A DNA stretch of 64,000 nucleotides. It comes from an uncultured delta proteobacterium. Lineage in GTDB: Bacteria; Myxococcota; Myxococcia; Myxococcales; Myxococcaceae. Positions 55,781-64,000 of the stretch are shown here, one piece after another; position 1 is the stretch's first letter, and each line of letters begins with the position of its first letter. The position numbers were made by a program, and so were the translations under genes. The DNA lies in contig CAVYSY010000044.1 in the NCBI GenBank assembly GCA_963771175.1, positions 139,722-203,721 on the forward strand. Direction: 5' to 3'. The notes under the pieces were generated by a model. That model did not search any database. It was not told where the DNA came from and was given only the letters and a program-made list of their open reading frames with translations.

Positions 55781-56178
55781 CGAGCGGACTCCCGGGGGCC
55801 TGACGGGAAGAGCCTCAGCAGCTTGCGGGTGACTCCATCGAAGGCGCGCGACAACTCGGGGAGGGAGGCATCCTTGGCGGACTGGCGCACGACCAGGACG
55901 ACATCCACACCGGGGGGCCACTGGCCTCGGCGCTTGCGGAAGAGCTCGCGCAGGAGCCTTCGCAGGCGGGCACGCACCACGGCATTGCCCACCTTGCTGG
56001 AAACGGTGAGACCCACGCGGCTGTAGGGCCGACCGTTGGGCCTCGCGAGCCCCAGGAGACAGTCAGAGGGAATCTTCTGACCTTTGTCCTGGACCTCGAG
56101 GAACTCGCGCCGCCGAAGCAGGCGGACGGCCTTGGGAAAGCGCTCGTCAGGAGCTGGCGCCTGGCCCTCGGCCTTCAT
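55777..56178 (-). CDS. rnpA: Ribonuclease P protein component
   Basis: [27 protein letters not shown]. Confidence 0.95.
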   Translation of the reverse strand: MKAEGQAPAPDERFPKAVRLLRRREFLEVQDKGQKIPSDCLLGLARPNGRPYSRVGLTVSSKVGNAVVRARLRRLLRELFRKRRGQWPPGVDVVLVVRQSAKDASLPELSRAFDGVTRKLLRLFPSGPRESAR

Positions 56179-56191
56179 GCGAGCGTCTCGA

Positions 56192-56344
56192 CTACTTCTT
56201 GTAGGCGGAGACCACCAGGCGCTTGCGGCCCTTGGCGCGGCGGCGGCTGAGGACGTCCTGGCCCGCGCGGGTGGAGTTGCGCTTGCGGAACCCGTGGGTA
56301 CGGTTGCGCTTGATCTTCGACGGCTGATAGGTGCGCTTGGACAC
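56192..56344 (-). CDS. rpmH: 50S ribosomal protein L34 (below ORF-track cutoff)
   Basis: Manual translation [50 protein letters not shown]. Confidence 0.96.
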   Translation of the reverse strand: MSKRTYQPSKIKRNRTHGFRKRNSTRAGQDVLSRRRAKGRKRLVVSAYKK

Positions 56345-56392
56345 GGCTGAACTCCTGGGACATCGGGGCACGCGCCCCTGAGGCGGGCGCCC

Positions 56393-56401
56393 TTATCCAC
56401 G
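56393..56401 (+). promoter_or_regulatory. DnaA-box-like site in rpmH-dnaA intergenic region
   Basis: TTATCCACG (8/9 match). Confidence 0.5.
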
Positions 56402-56705
56402 AGACTGAGGAAGGCGGCGCTCGTAACCCGATCTCCCACCCAAGTCAACGAAGGATCACTCCGGCTGTCCAGCCAGCCCGGGTTTCCGTCGTTTTGCGCC
56501 CCACACCCGGGGTGAAGCGGGGGCGAGGTGGGAACATGCCGCCCACAACCCCCGGGAGGGCGCGGGGGATTCCTGCGATCAGAAGGGGGGGCGTAGGGGT
56601 GCGGAATGTTTGAGGTTGGGGCCGAGAAGTTTGATCGCCCAGGGGGGGCCTGTTAGCACGGACGGCCCCCTGCCTGGCGGTGCGCCAGTGCATTGGAGCC
56701 CTTTC

Positions 56706-58058
56706 GTGAACGCGCTCGCCCGACCCCTCCCGATAACGCCAAGTGCCGAGAATCTCTGGGACCGGATGCTGGACTGCCTGCGGCAGGACAAGCGGGACTA
56801 CGCGCTGACGTGGATCGGCCGGATGCAGCCGCTGGCGGTCCGCGACGACACGTTGGTGCTGGGGGTGCCAGATCGCTTCTTCCGTGACTGGGTGGACAAC
56901 CACTACCGGGAACTGATGGAGACGACGCTGGCCCGGGTGTCGGACGGGCCGATGCAGTTGGACTATGAGGTGGTGGAGGGCATGGCCCCGCCGCCGGAGC
57001 TGCAACCCGCACAGGTGGTCAAGCCCGAGGGCCGGCGGCCACCGCGGTTGAACGCGCGCTTCACCTTCCAGAGCTTCGTGGTGGCCGACAGCAACCAGCT
57101 CGCGGCGGCGGCGGCACAGGCGGTGTCCGACAGCCCGGGGCGGGCCTACAACCCGCTCTACATCTATGGAGGGACGGGGCTGGGCAAGACGCACCTGCTG
57201 CATGCCATCGGCAACAAGATCTGGGAGAACAACCCGACGCAGCGGGTGGTGTACCTGTCGAGCGAGCAGTTCACCAACGAGTACATCGAGAGCGTGCGAG
57301 AGCAGCGGATGCCGGAGTTCCGGAGGAAGTTCCGGGACGACTGCGACGTGCTGCTGCTGGACGACGTGCAGTTCCTGGGACGCAAGGAAGAGACGCAGCG
57401 GGAGTTCTTCCACACGTTCAACACGCTGCACGAGCTCGGCAAGGCGATCATCCTGACGAGCGACATGGTGCCGGCGGAGGTGCCCGGGCTGGAGGATCGG
57501 CTGCGGAGTCGGTTCAACATGGGGCTGATTACCGACATCCAGGAGCCGAGCTTCGAGACGCGGGTGGCGATTCTGCAGAAGAAGGCGGTGCAGGAGGGGC
57601 TGGAGCTGCCGGACGAGGCGGCGCACTTCATCGCTCGGGCCATCCAGAAGAACGTGAGGGAGCTGGAGGGGGCGCTGGTGAAGGTGAGCGCCATCCACTC
57701 GCTGTCGAGGCACCCGGTGACGGTGGACTTCGTGGCGCACGTGCTGAAGGACGTGCTGCCGGCGAAGCAGTCGGTGGACGTGGAGAGCATCCAGCGCGAG
57801 GTGGCGCGGTACTACAAGGTGCCGGTGGAGGCGCTGAAGGAGGACCGGAGGCACAAGGCGCTGGCGCACGCGCGGCAGGTGGCGATGTACCTGAGCCGGA
57901 AGCTGACGAAGGGCTCGTTCCCGGAGATCGCCGCGAGGTTCAACAAGGACCACTCGACGGTCATCTCGGCGGTGCGCAAGGTGGAGAAGCAGCGCGAGAC
58001 GGACGCCGCGGTGAAGCGCGAGCTGGACGAGCTGGAGTCGAAGCTGACCGGCGAGTAG
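56706..58058 (+). CDS. dnaA: Chromosomal replication initiator DnaA
   Basis: YNPLYIYGGTGLGKTHL, LLLDDVQFL, FFHTFN, NVRELEGAL, RQVAMYL, DHSTV; GTG start estimated. Confidence 0.98.
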   Translation: MNALARPLPITPSAENLWDRMLDCLRQDKRDYALTWIGRMQPLAVRDDTLVLGVPDRFFRDWVDNHYRELMETTLARVSDGPMQLDYEVVEGMAPPPELQPAQVVKPEGRRPPRLNARFTFQSFVVADSNQLAAAAAQAVSDSPGRAYNPLYIYGGTGLGKTHLLHAIGNKIWENNPTQRVVYLSSEQFTNEYIESVREQRMPEFRRKFRDDCDVLLLDDVQFLGRKEETQREFFHTFNTLHELGKAIILTSDMVPAEVPGLEDRLRSRFNMGLITDIQEPSFETRVAILQKKAVQEGLELPDEAAHFIARAIQKNVRELEGALVKVSAIHSLSRHPVTVDFVAHVLKDVLPAKQSVDVESIQREVARYYKVPVEALKEDRRHKALAHARQVAMYLSRKLTKGSFPEIAARFNKDHSTVISAVRKVEKQRETDAAVKRELDELESKLTGE

Positions 58059-58155
58059 GCAAGTTGCCACGCGCCGGAAGCACCGAAAGCCCCCACCACG
58101 AAACAAAACCGCACCGCGCCACCAAAATAAGAGTGGACTTTGCTATGAGCCTCCC

Positions 58156-58890
58156 GTGCCGCCATACCGAAATCCACCTCTCGTAGAGGCCATCTACGAG
58201 GTATTCGTCCAAGATGCGCCAGGCTGGTCGCAGCTCTCAGCCGCTCACTTGGAGCAGAGCCTATCGGCGTCCTATTCGGGACAGCGGGAAGTGCTGGAAT
58301 CGGTCAACCTGGACATCCACTTGGGACCAACAGGGAAGCCCGATTCCACGGTAGCCCCACAAGCTTCCCGGATCCGGCTTTGGACCGCGGACCGAAGTTC
58401 TCTCGTGCGATTCGGTAGCCAGATGGCGGCGCTGAACGTGCTCTCCGCATATTCAGGGTACGAAGCGCAAGCCCCTCACCTGCGCGCTTTTTTCGATGCC
58501 TACATTGAGGCCAGCCGACCGACTAAGCTTGCATGGGTCGGACAGCGTTATGTAAACAAAATCGTTCTTCCCGCTGGCGCCCCAGAGGCCAGCACTTATT
58601 TTCAGCTCTATCCTCGGCTGCCCGCGGCCACACCTCATCGTACATTCGCCCTCCAAGTGGTATCGGACAGTTTCGACGGTGGGGAAGTGGTGATGAGTCT
58701 TCTGTTCCAAGGTCAGAGCGCCGATCGTCCAATATACTTCCTGGACATCTATGCTCGTTCGACTCGCGAGATAGCGCCGAACACACAGGAAATCGTGCGG
58801 TGGCAGTCGGCCGCGCACGAAGCAGTGAGACGCTCCTTCTCCATGGCTTTGACCGATGCCTGCCGTGAGTTGTTTCAGGAGGTGACGTGA
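58156..58890 (+). CDS. TIGR04255-like protein
   Basis: Y.NPPLVEA.YEV N-terminus, VGQRYVNKI, YFLDIY; lower GC than dnaA. Confidence 0.7.
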   Translation: MPPYRNPPLVEAIYEVFVQDAPGWSQLSAAHLEQSLSASYSGQREVLESVNLDIHLGPTGKPDSTVAPQASRIRLWTADRSSLVRFGSQMAALNVLSAYSGYEAQAPHLRAFFDAYIEASRPTKLAWVGQRYVNKIVLPAGAPEASTYFQLYPRLPAATPHRTFALQVVSDSFDGGEVVMSLLFQGQSADRPIYFLDIYARSTREIAPNTQEIVRWQSAAHEAVRRSFSMALTDACRELFQEVT

Positions 58891-59189
58891 TGCTGTTCGG
58901 TCCTGCTTATTCCACAAGCGTCCTCACCCACTACGACATCACCCCTGCCGCTATCGTGCGGACGTGGGATCATCAAGCGTCGATCTCCTCGGTGCTTCTA
59001 CCTCATGAGGATCTTTCGACGCCTCCGAACCAACAGACGACTCCCCAACTCATCGAGGAGGGGGCGATGACGGTACGCGCCCTGGCCATCCTTCCGGTAG
59101 ACCCGGAAGCAGATCGCATGATGGCGGAGTGGATCGCCGAGCAACCCCCTCCCGCGCCCCGCAAGCTACTTACACGCAAGCGGAAGTAG
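58887..59189 (+). CDS. Small hypothetical protein coupled to the TIGR04255-like gene
   Basis: GTGA overlap; AGGAGG RBS. Confidence 0.55.
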   Translation: MMLFGPAYSTSVLTHYDITPAAIVRTWDHQASISSVLLPHEDLSTPPNQQTTPQLIEEGAMTVRALAILPVDPEADRMMAEWIAEQPPPAPRKLLTRKRK

Positions 59190-59310
59190 GGGTGCCATGG
59201 GAGAGCGGTGGCCGCCCGTCTACGACGTATCCACTCGGCGGAGCGGTGCAGCGTGGCGACGGAGATGTGGTAACGAGCGCGCCGCCCCGCTCGACCGGGA
59301 GGGGCGGCGC

Positions 59311-60975
59311 TCAGGTCGCCGAGGGTGAGGGAGTCAGCGCGGCGGCCTCACGCGCGGCCTTCCACATGGGAGGAAGCAGTTGCTCGAGCTGGCGCTGCGG
59401 CCAGCCCCGGGAGAGCTTCTCCAGCACGTCAGCCAGCCAGGCCCACGGGTCCACGCCAGCCAGCGTGCAGGTGGCCACCAGCGAGTACACGCACGCGGCG
59501 CGCTCGGCTCCCGCGTCGCTGCCGGCGAACAGGTAGTTTTTCCTGCCGACGGCAATCTCCCGCAGCCGCAGCTCCGAGGCGTTGTTGTGCAGTGGCAGGC
59601 GCGCGTCTTCCAGGAAGCGCAGCAGCGGCGTCCACTGGTTGAGGGCATAGCGACACGCCTGTGCCAATGGACTCTTGGGCGGCTCCCGTGGCCAGGTGTC
59701 CGCCACCCAGCGCCCCAGTTGCTCGGTGACGGGACGCGAGAGCGTGTCGCGCCTGCGCAGCCTCTCGGCCTCGTCCACCTGCTGCTCGTCGGCTTCGCGC
59801 TCCACCTCGAAGAGCCGGCCGATGAGCGAGAGCGGCAGCGCCGCCCGCGTGTCGCCGGCCTCCAGCGCCTCGACGAAGTAGCGCCGGCAGTGGCTCCAGC
59901 ACCCCACCTCCACCGCGGTGGCGCCCTCACGAGTGAAGAGCTTGTCGTAGCCCTTGTACCCGTCCACCAGCAACCAGCCCTCGCGCCCCTCCAGGAAGGA
60001 CAGCGGCCCCTCTTCCTTCCAATCCGGCGTGTATACGAAGGCCGCCCAGGTGGTGTCCCCCAAGTACACCCACATGTGCCCGCGCTTGAGGCCGTTGGGG
60101 TGCTCCCTGTCGAGCACCTTCAGGTGCGTGTCGTCGCTCTGCAGCACGTGCGAGGCCAGTGCCCGCCGGGCCACCTCCCGCGCCAGCGGCTGGAGGAGGT
60201 CGGCACCCGCCGCCACCCAATCCGAGAGCGTCGAGGTACGCAGCTCCACGCCATGGCGCGCGTAGATTCCGCTCAGCCGGTGCAGCGGCAGGTGGTCCTT
60301 GAATTTGGATACCAGGACGTGGGCCACCAGTCCCGGCCCGGGCAATCCCCCCTCAATCACCCTGTCGGCCGGAGGTGCCACCACCAGCCCGTCGCCACAC
60401 GGCCGGCAGACGTACTTGGGCCGCACCTCCTCAATCACCTTGAAGTGGCCGGGCACCCACTCCAACGTCTCGCTCTTCTCCTCGCCACAGCGCGACTTGT
60501 CCCGCCCGCACGCCTCGCACCGCAGCGCCTCGGGCGGGGGCTGGTGGACGCGCTGCTCACGCGGCAGGTGGGAGGGCAGCGGGCGGCGCCCGTGTCCCTT
60601 GCGCTCCTTCTTTCGTGGCTCCTCGCGTGGCGGCTCTGGCGGGGACGTGGAGCCCTCCGCGACGCGAGCCTCCCCGACACCAGGCTCCGTCGCGCCTTGG
60701 GCCCCGGCGCCCTCCTGGCCCAATTGCGTCAGCAACAGCGAGAGTTGCTCACCGGAGAGCTTCTCGCTGGTGCGGCCAAAGTGCTGGCGCATCGCCTTGC
60801 GCAGGCGCAGCGTAAGCTCGGTGTTCTTCTCCACCAACTGAGAGAGCAGGCCCACCACCAGCTCAATGGCCTGCTCGTCCTGGCCCTCGGCCAGCAGCGC
60901 CCGCAGCAGCGCCGCCACGCCGCTCACGTCCGTCGTTTTCTTGCCGGGGACCGCGCCGCTCATGTCCCGGGACAT
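59311..60975 (-). CDS. tnpC: IS66 transposase TnpC
   Basis: FGRTSEK, LPSHLPR, KFKDHLPLHR, DDT, DGY, CWSHCRR, NNASE. Confidence 0.95.
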   Translation of the reverse strand: MSRDMSGAVPGKKTTDVSGVAALLRALLAEGQDEQAIELVVGLLSQLVEKNTELTLRLRKAMRQHFGRTSEKLSGEQLSLLLTQLGQEGAGAQGATEPGVGEARVAEGSTSPPEPPREEPRKKERKGHGRRPLPSHLPREQRVHQPPPEALRCEACGRDKSRCGEEKSETLEWVPGHFKVIEEVRPKYVCRPCGDGLVVAPPADRVIEGGLPGPGLVAHVLVSKFKDHLPLHRLSGIYARHGVELRTSTLSDWVAAGADLLQPLAREVARRALASHVLQSDDTHLKVLDREHPNGLKRGHMWVYLGDTTWAAFVYTPDWKEEGPLSFLEGREGWLLVDGYKGYDKLFTREGATAVEVGCWSHCRRYFVEALEAGDTRAALPLSLIGRLFEVEREADEQQVDEAERLRRRDTLSRPVTEQLGRWVADTWPREPPKSPLAQACRYALNQWTPLLRFLEDARLPLHNNASELRLREIAVGRKNYLFAGSDAGAERAACVYSLVATCTLAGVDPWAWLADVLEKLSRGWPQRQLEQLLPPMWKAAREAAALTPSPSAT

Positions 60976-61011
60976 GAGCCATGGCCCGGCCACAGGACGC
61001 AAGAGGTTTTC

Positions 61012-61383
61012 TCACGCAGCCGACTTCAAAGGTGGGGGCTGCCAGCGCGGCCGCCGGACGCTGGCCTTCAAATCAATCCCCTCCAGCAGCAGCGTGAGCT
61101 CCACGGCCTCCAGGGTGAGGGCGGAGCCGTCCTCGGGCAGCGGACGCGGCAGGCGGAAGCTGCCCTTCTCCAGGCGCTTGGAGAAGAGACAGAAGCCGCC
61201 CGAGTGCCACCACAGCACCTTCACCATGTCGCGCGTGCGGTTGAAGAAGACGAAGAGGTGTCCACTCAATGGGTCCTCTCGCAGTACCTGCCTCGCCAGC
61301 AAGGAGAGCCCGTCGAAGGACTTGCGCATGTCCACCGGCTGGCTCGCCAGGTGGATGCGCACCGAGGAGGGCAGTGTCAGCAT
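61012..61383 (-). CDS. tnpB: IS66 accessory protein TnpB
   Basis: [25 protein letters not shown]. Confidence 0.95.
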   Translation of the reverse strand: MLTLPSSVRIHLASQPVDMRKSFDGLSLLARQVLREDPLSGHLFVFFNRTRDMVKVLWWHSGGFCLFSKRLEKGSFRLPRPLPEDGSALTLEAVELTLLLEGIDLKASVRRPRWQPPPLKSAA

Positions 61384-61754
61384 GCTTCCTCCAGTGCCCT
61401 CACCAACCGCGCCAGCGCGTTCGCGTCGAAGCCGGGCTCCACCCGGATGCGTCGGCCCCTGGCCAGTAGCACCTCCATGCTGGCTGTGCCCGGTGCCCGC
61501 TGTGCTTCTGGCGACGGCGGCGCCGCGATGTGCACCGGGACGAACGAGAGCGCCTCGCCCGCCTCCTCGGCCCGCCGCTTCTTCCACCACCTCAGCCGCT
61601 GTGGACCGAGCCCGTGGCGGCGGGCGAACTCCGCCACCGACAACCCGCTCGCCTCGTAGGCCTCCAGCACCGCCTGCGCCTCGGCCTCCGTCCAGTAGTT
61701 GCTTGCCGCGGCCCTCGCCAGCGTTGCGTCCACTCTTTCCGTGTTGCGTCCCAT
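61377..61754 (-). CDS. tnpA: IS66 accessory protein TnpA
   Basis: [14 protein letters not shown]...WW, FVPV. Confidence 0.9.
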   Translation of the reverse strand: MGRNTERVDATLARAAASNYWTEAEAQAVLEAYEASGLSVAEFARRHGLGPQRLRWWKKRRAEEAGEALSFVPVHIAAPPSPEAQRAPGTASMEVLLARGRRIRVEPGFDANALARLVRALEEAC

Positions 61755-61827
61755 GTCTACACCTCCTGGAACGCGACGCTGAACGGCTCCTCCCTCACTC
61801 GGAAGGTGTGGTCCGCCGAGCGCTTAC

Positions 61828-62480
61828 TCTACGACGCTGAAGAACTCCACCTTGGAGATGCCGTTCGCGTCGCTCGGGTTGGCGGAGAGGGTGACGTTGC
61901 CCTGGACGATGGAGCCGTCCGCCGGCGCGGAGAGGGGGAATGGAGGGGGGGCGTGGTGTCCGCGTTCTGCACGGCCACGGTGATGACCTTGCTGGCCACC
62001 AACGAGCCCGCCCGATACGCCTCGGCCTTCAGCTCGTAGCGGCCGTCCGCGACCCAGGGGCTGGTGGCCCAGGTGAGGTCGAAAGGCGCGCTGGAGGTGC
62101 GGCTGTAGAAGCGCACGCCCTCCACGGTGGCGCCGCTCACACTGGCCTGCAGCGAGACGGTGGCGCCGCTGGTGGGCGAGGAGAAGGACACCGAGGCCGC
62201 CGCGTTCTTCACCAGGACGCGGAGGGTGCCGGTGGCCTTGAGCACCGTGCCCTTCCACGCCTCCGCCTTGAGCTCGTACGCGCCATCGGCCACCCAGGGG
62301 TTGGTGGCCCAGGTGGCGCCGTAGGGGGACGTGGTGTCCGAGGCGAGCAGGTACCAGTCGGTCGCGCCGTCCGCTCGGCTGTAGAGCTTCACCGTGTCCA
62401 CGGCGCCGCCGCCCACCGAGGTGTTGAAGGCCACGTTCCCGGACACGGTGGCACCGGGGGAGGGCGTATCAATGGAGACC
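61828..62480 (-). pseudogene. Bacterial Ig-like repeat protein fragment, interrupted by IS66 and 5'-truncated
   Basis: Repeated SP..GATVSG, W.T.PWVADG.YELKAEA, ISKVEFF; no start or signal peptide before the RAYT MITE. Confidence 0.7.
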
Positions 62481-62516
62481 TGGATTGACGCTCACCTCCG
62501 GCTCCGCCGGGGGCCA

Positions 62517-62748
62517 AGATGGTGTCAAAGACTTGAGTGCGTCTGGCAAAGCCTGGGTGAGGAGGAAGCGAGGCGGGAGCGGAAACTTTGCGAAGGGACC
62601 CTGTGGTTTCAAACCCCGTCTGGCAAAGCAGTACCGGGCCTTCGTCGCGGTGTTTCGAGAGGTGGTGGCTCGGTGCGCTTTCCTCTTTCCCCTCTTCTCT
62701 TTCCCACCGCGTGTCGTGCCGGATCGTGCTGCTCAAATTCTTTGACGT
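62517..62748 (+). mobile_element. Degenerate RAYT MITE-like derivative
   Basis: GGTGTCAAAGAC left end; KQYRAFVAVFRE...FSFPPRVVPDR; TTCTTTGAC right end. Confidence 0.75.
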
Positions 62749-62837
62749 CTTCGGGACGCGACAATCCGTCTTTCCTCTTCGTCCCCGCCATCGTGTTGAG
62801 CCGCGTCGCTTGAGTTCCTTGAAGTCTTCTCTGGGGG

Positions 62838-63630
62838 TTATGGCTCGCCCCGTGGTGTCCCTCCAAGCGTCGAAATGTGCAAAGTTTGTGCATTGGCGAA
62901 CATTTTTTGAGTTGTATGTGACTTCTCTTTGTGGAGCGAAAATGGCAACAGAAATAGCATTCGAATGATGATGGGGAACGCCACAAATACCACGGCTGCT
63001 TTTACTGCGCTATCCAGTGGATAAGGTGCAGTTTCTCCGAGCAGATATAGTGCGATAACGGTCGCCAGCATTCGCGCATCACGATTCAATAGGGCTCGGG
63101 TCGGGCTCATCGCTCTTGATGAGCTTTACCTTCGGATCTCCTCGGTACTTCACGTCAAATTCCCCGGCCTGCGAAACTAGCAATTGTATTCTGATCCAAT
63201 CGCTAGGTAGCATCTTTTCGAGTTGGTATTTGTGGGTGCCATTGGGTAGGTCTGGTTGGTTGACGAGCACTGGCTGCGCCACGTCCAGTGACACTTCTGT
63301 GTGCGCGCCAACGATTTTTGACTGCGCCCCAAGTGTCACCACTAGATGACTCGAATCAATCGTGGTCTCACGTGAGGTGTTGCTCAGGAATACTTCGAAA
63401 TATGAGAGTTCTTTGTACTGGTTGCCAGCGTAGAAGACGTTTAATTGTCCGAATGCGCCCTGTTTGGTGGGGAGTGAGTAATCGACTCTTGTGCTTCGGA
63501 GGGTGAGTTTTGTTTGAGAGCGGGTTGCTAGCCAACGGTTGGAGATGAAGGTGCAGGGTTGCTCCTGCCAAGCCGCCTGTTAGCCAGGGCATTGCGGTCT
63601 TGAGTCCTTCTAAAAAGTCCATGGTCATTC
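62838..63630 (-). CDS. Low-GC hypothetical membrane protein, split over frames
   Basis: N-terminal TM (MPWLTGGLAGA), consecutive ORFs 63368, 63079 and 62838, C-terminal hydrophobic stretches. Confidence 0.45.
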
Positions 63631-63772
63631 GCAGTTTGCCTAGTTTGGTCCAAGGAGTCGTGAGCGCTGCTATGTCGCCCACACCCTAGGCGTGGCAGTC
63701 GCTTGAGAGCAAGAGCTGCGATTTGGTGCTGAATCGCGCGCGTATAGTATAGGTGAGATAGGCGACCTGTTG

Positions 63773-63842
63773 CCGAGACGGTGTCAAAGGACTCGAAACG
63801 CGGGACTCGAAGCCAGAACGAGACTCGGCGTGGGCGGGTGAT
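63773..63842 (+). mobile_element. RAYT left end (29725/31325 subfamily)
   Basis: CCGAGACGGTGTCAAAGGACTCG...CCAGAACGAGACTCGGCGTGG.CGGGTGA. Confidence 0.85.
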
Positions 63843-64000
63843 GCTGCCGGTCTCCACCTCTTTCCGAGGACTTGTGGTTGTCTCGCGAGGTGCGTTCGGC
63901 CTTGCGGGAGGATGGGATGGGTCGGCCGCTGAGGATGTTCCTGGCCGGAGCATCCAGGGGGGCGCTGACTCTAGCGCGCGATGCCACCTTTGCCCACCCG

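Larger units (their letters stand above)
59227..61827 (-). mobile_element. Complete IS66-family element (2601 bp) with 8-bp target duplication
   Basis: Ends GTATCCACTCGGCGGA and (reverse complement) GTAAGCGCTCGGCGGA; TCTACGAC at 59219-59226 and 61828-61835. Confidence 0.93.

Noticed and set aside
56345..56705. oriC in rpmH-dnaA intergenic region
   Set aside because: Only one 8/9 DnaA box and no AT-rich unwinding element seen; it can be neither supported nor excluded.
59192..59270. Third gene of the TIGR04255 operon (MPWESGG...QRGD)
   Set aside because: Most of it lies inside the IS66 terminus.
59270..59280. GTAACGAGCG as the IS66 end
   Set aside because: No target duplication there; the end at 59227 gives a better IR match and a perfect 8-bp TSD.

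Overview
High-GC myxobacterial (Myxococcales, Archangium/Cystobacter-like; inferred from gene content) chromosome segment spanning the origin-proximal region. The left core is bactofilin-parB-parA, a cluster of 14 parS sites, rsmG and mnmG. The right core is mnmE, jag, yidC, yidD, rnpA, rpmH and dnaA; no dnaN follows dnaA in this window. About 40 kb of accessory DNA lies between mnmG and mnmE: Uma2 nucleases, a Septu/PtuAB-like ATPase+HNH pair, a HipA-HTH pair, an AHH toxin-immunity pair, peptidases, hydrolases and secreted proteins. The most unusual structure is an intact REP-associated (HUH/Y1) tyrosine transposase at 36109-37041 with 17-bp terminal inverted repeats. Its ends, internally deleted derivatives and modular GGGAAGGGTGTC(AGACAC) arrays recur, all in one orientation, at nearly every gene boundary from 20 to 37 kb and again at 62-64 kb. 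This suggests, as a hypothesis, an integron-like gene-cassette platform driven by an HUH enzyme. IS91-like remnants flank a second M16 peptidase, and a complete IS66 with an 8-bp target duplication lies downstream of dnaA. Conserved genes (mnmG, rsmG, yidC, jag) carry many single-base frameshifts, so the sequence probably contains uncorrected long-read indels and pseudogene status cannot be judged. Family assignments come from motif recognition by eye, not database searches.
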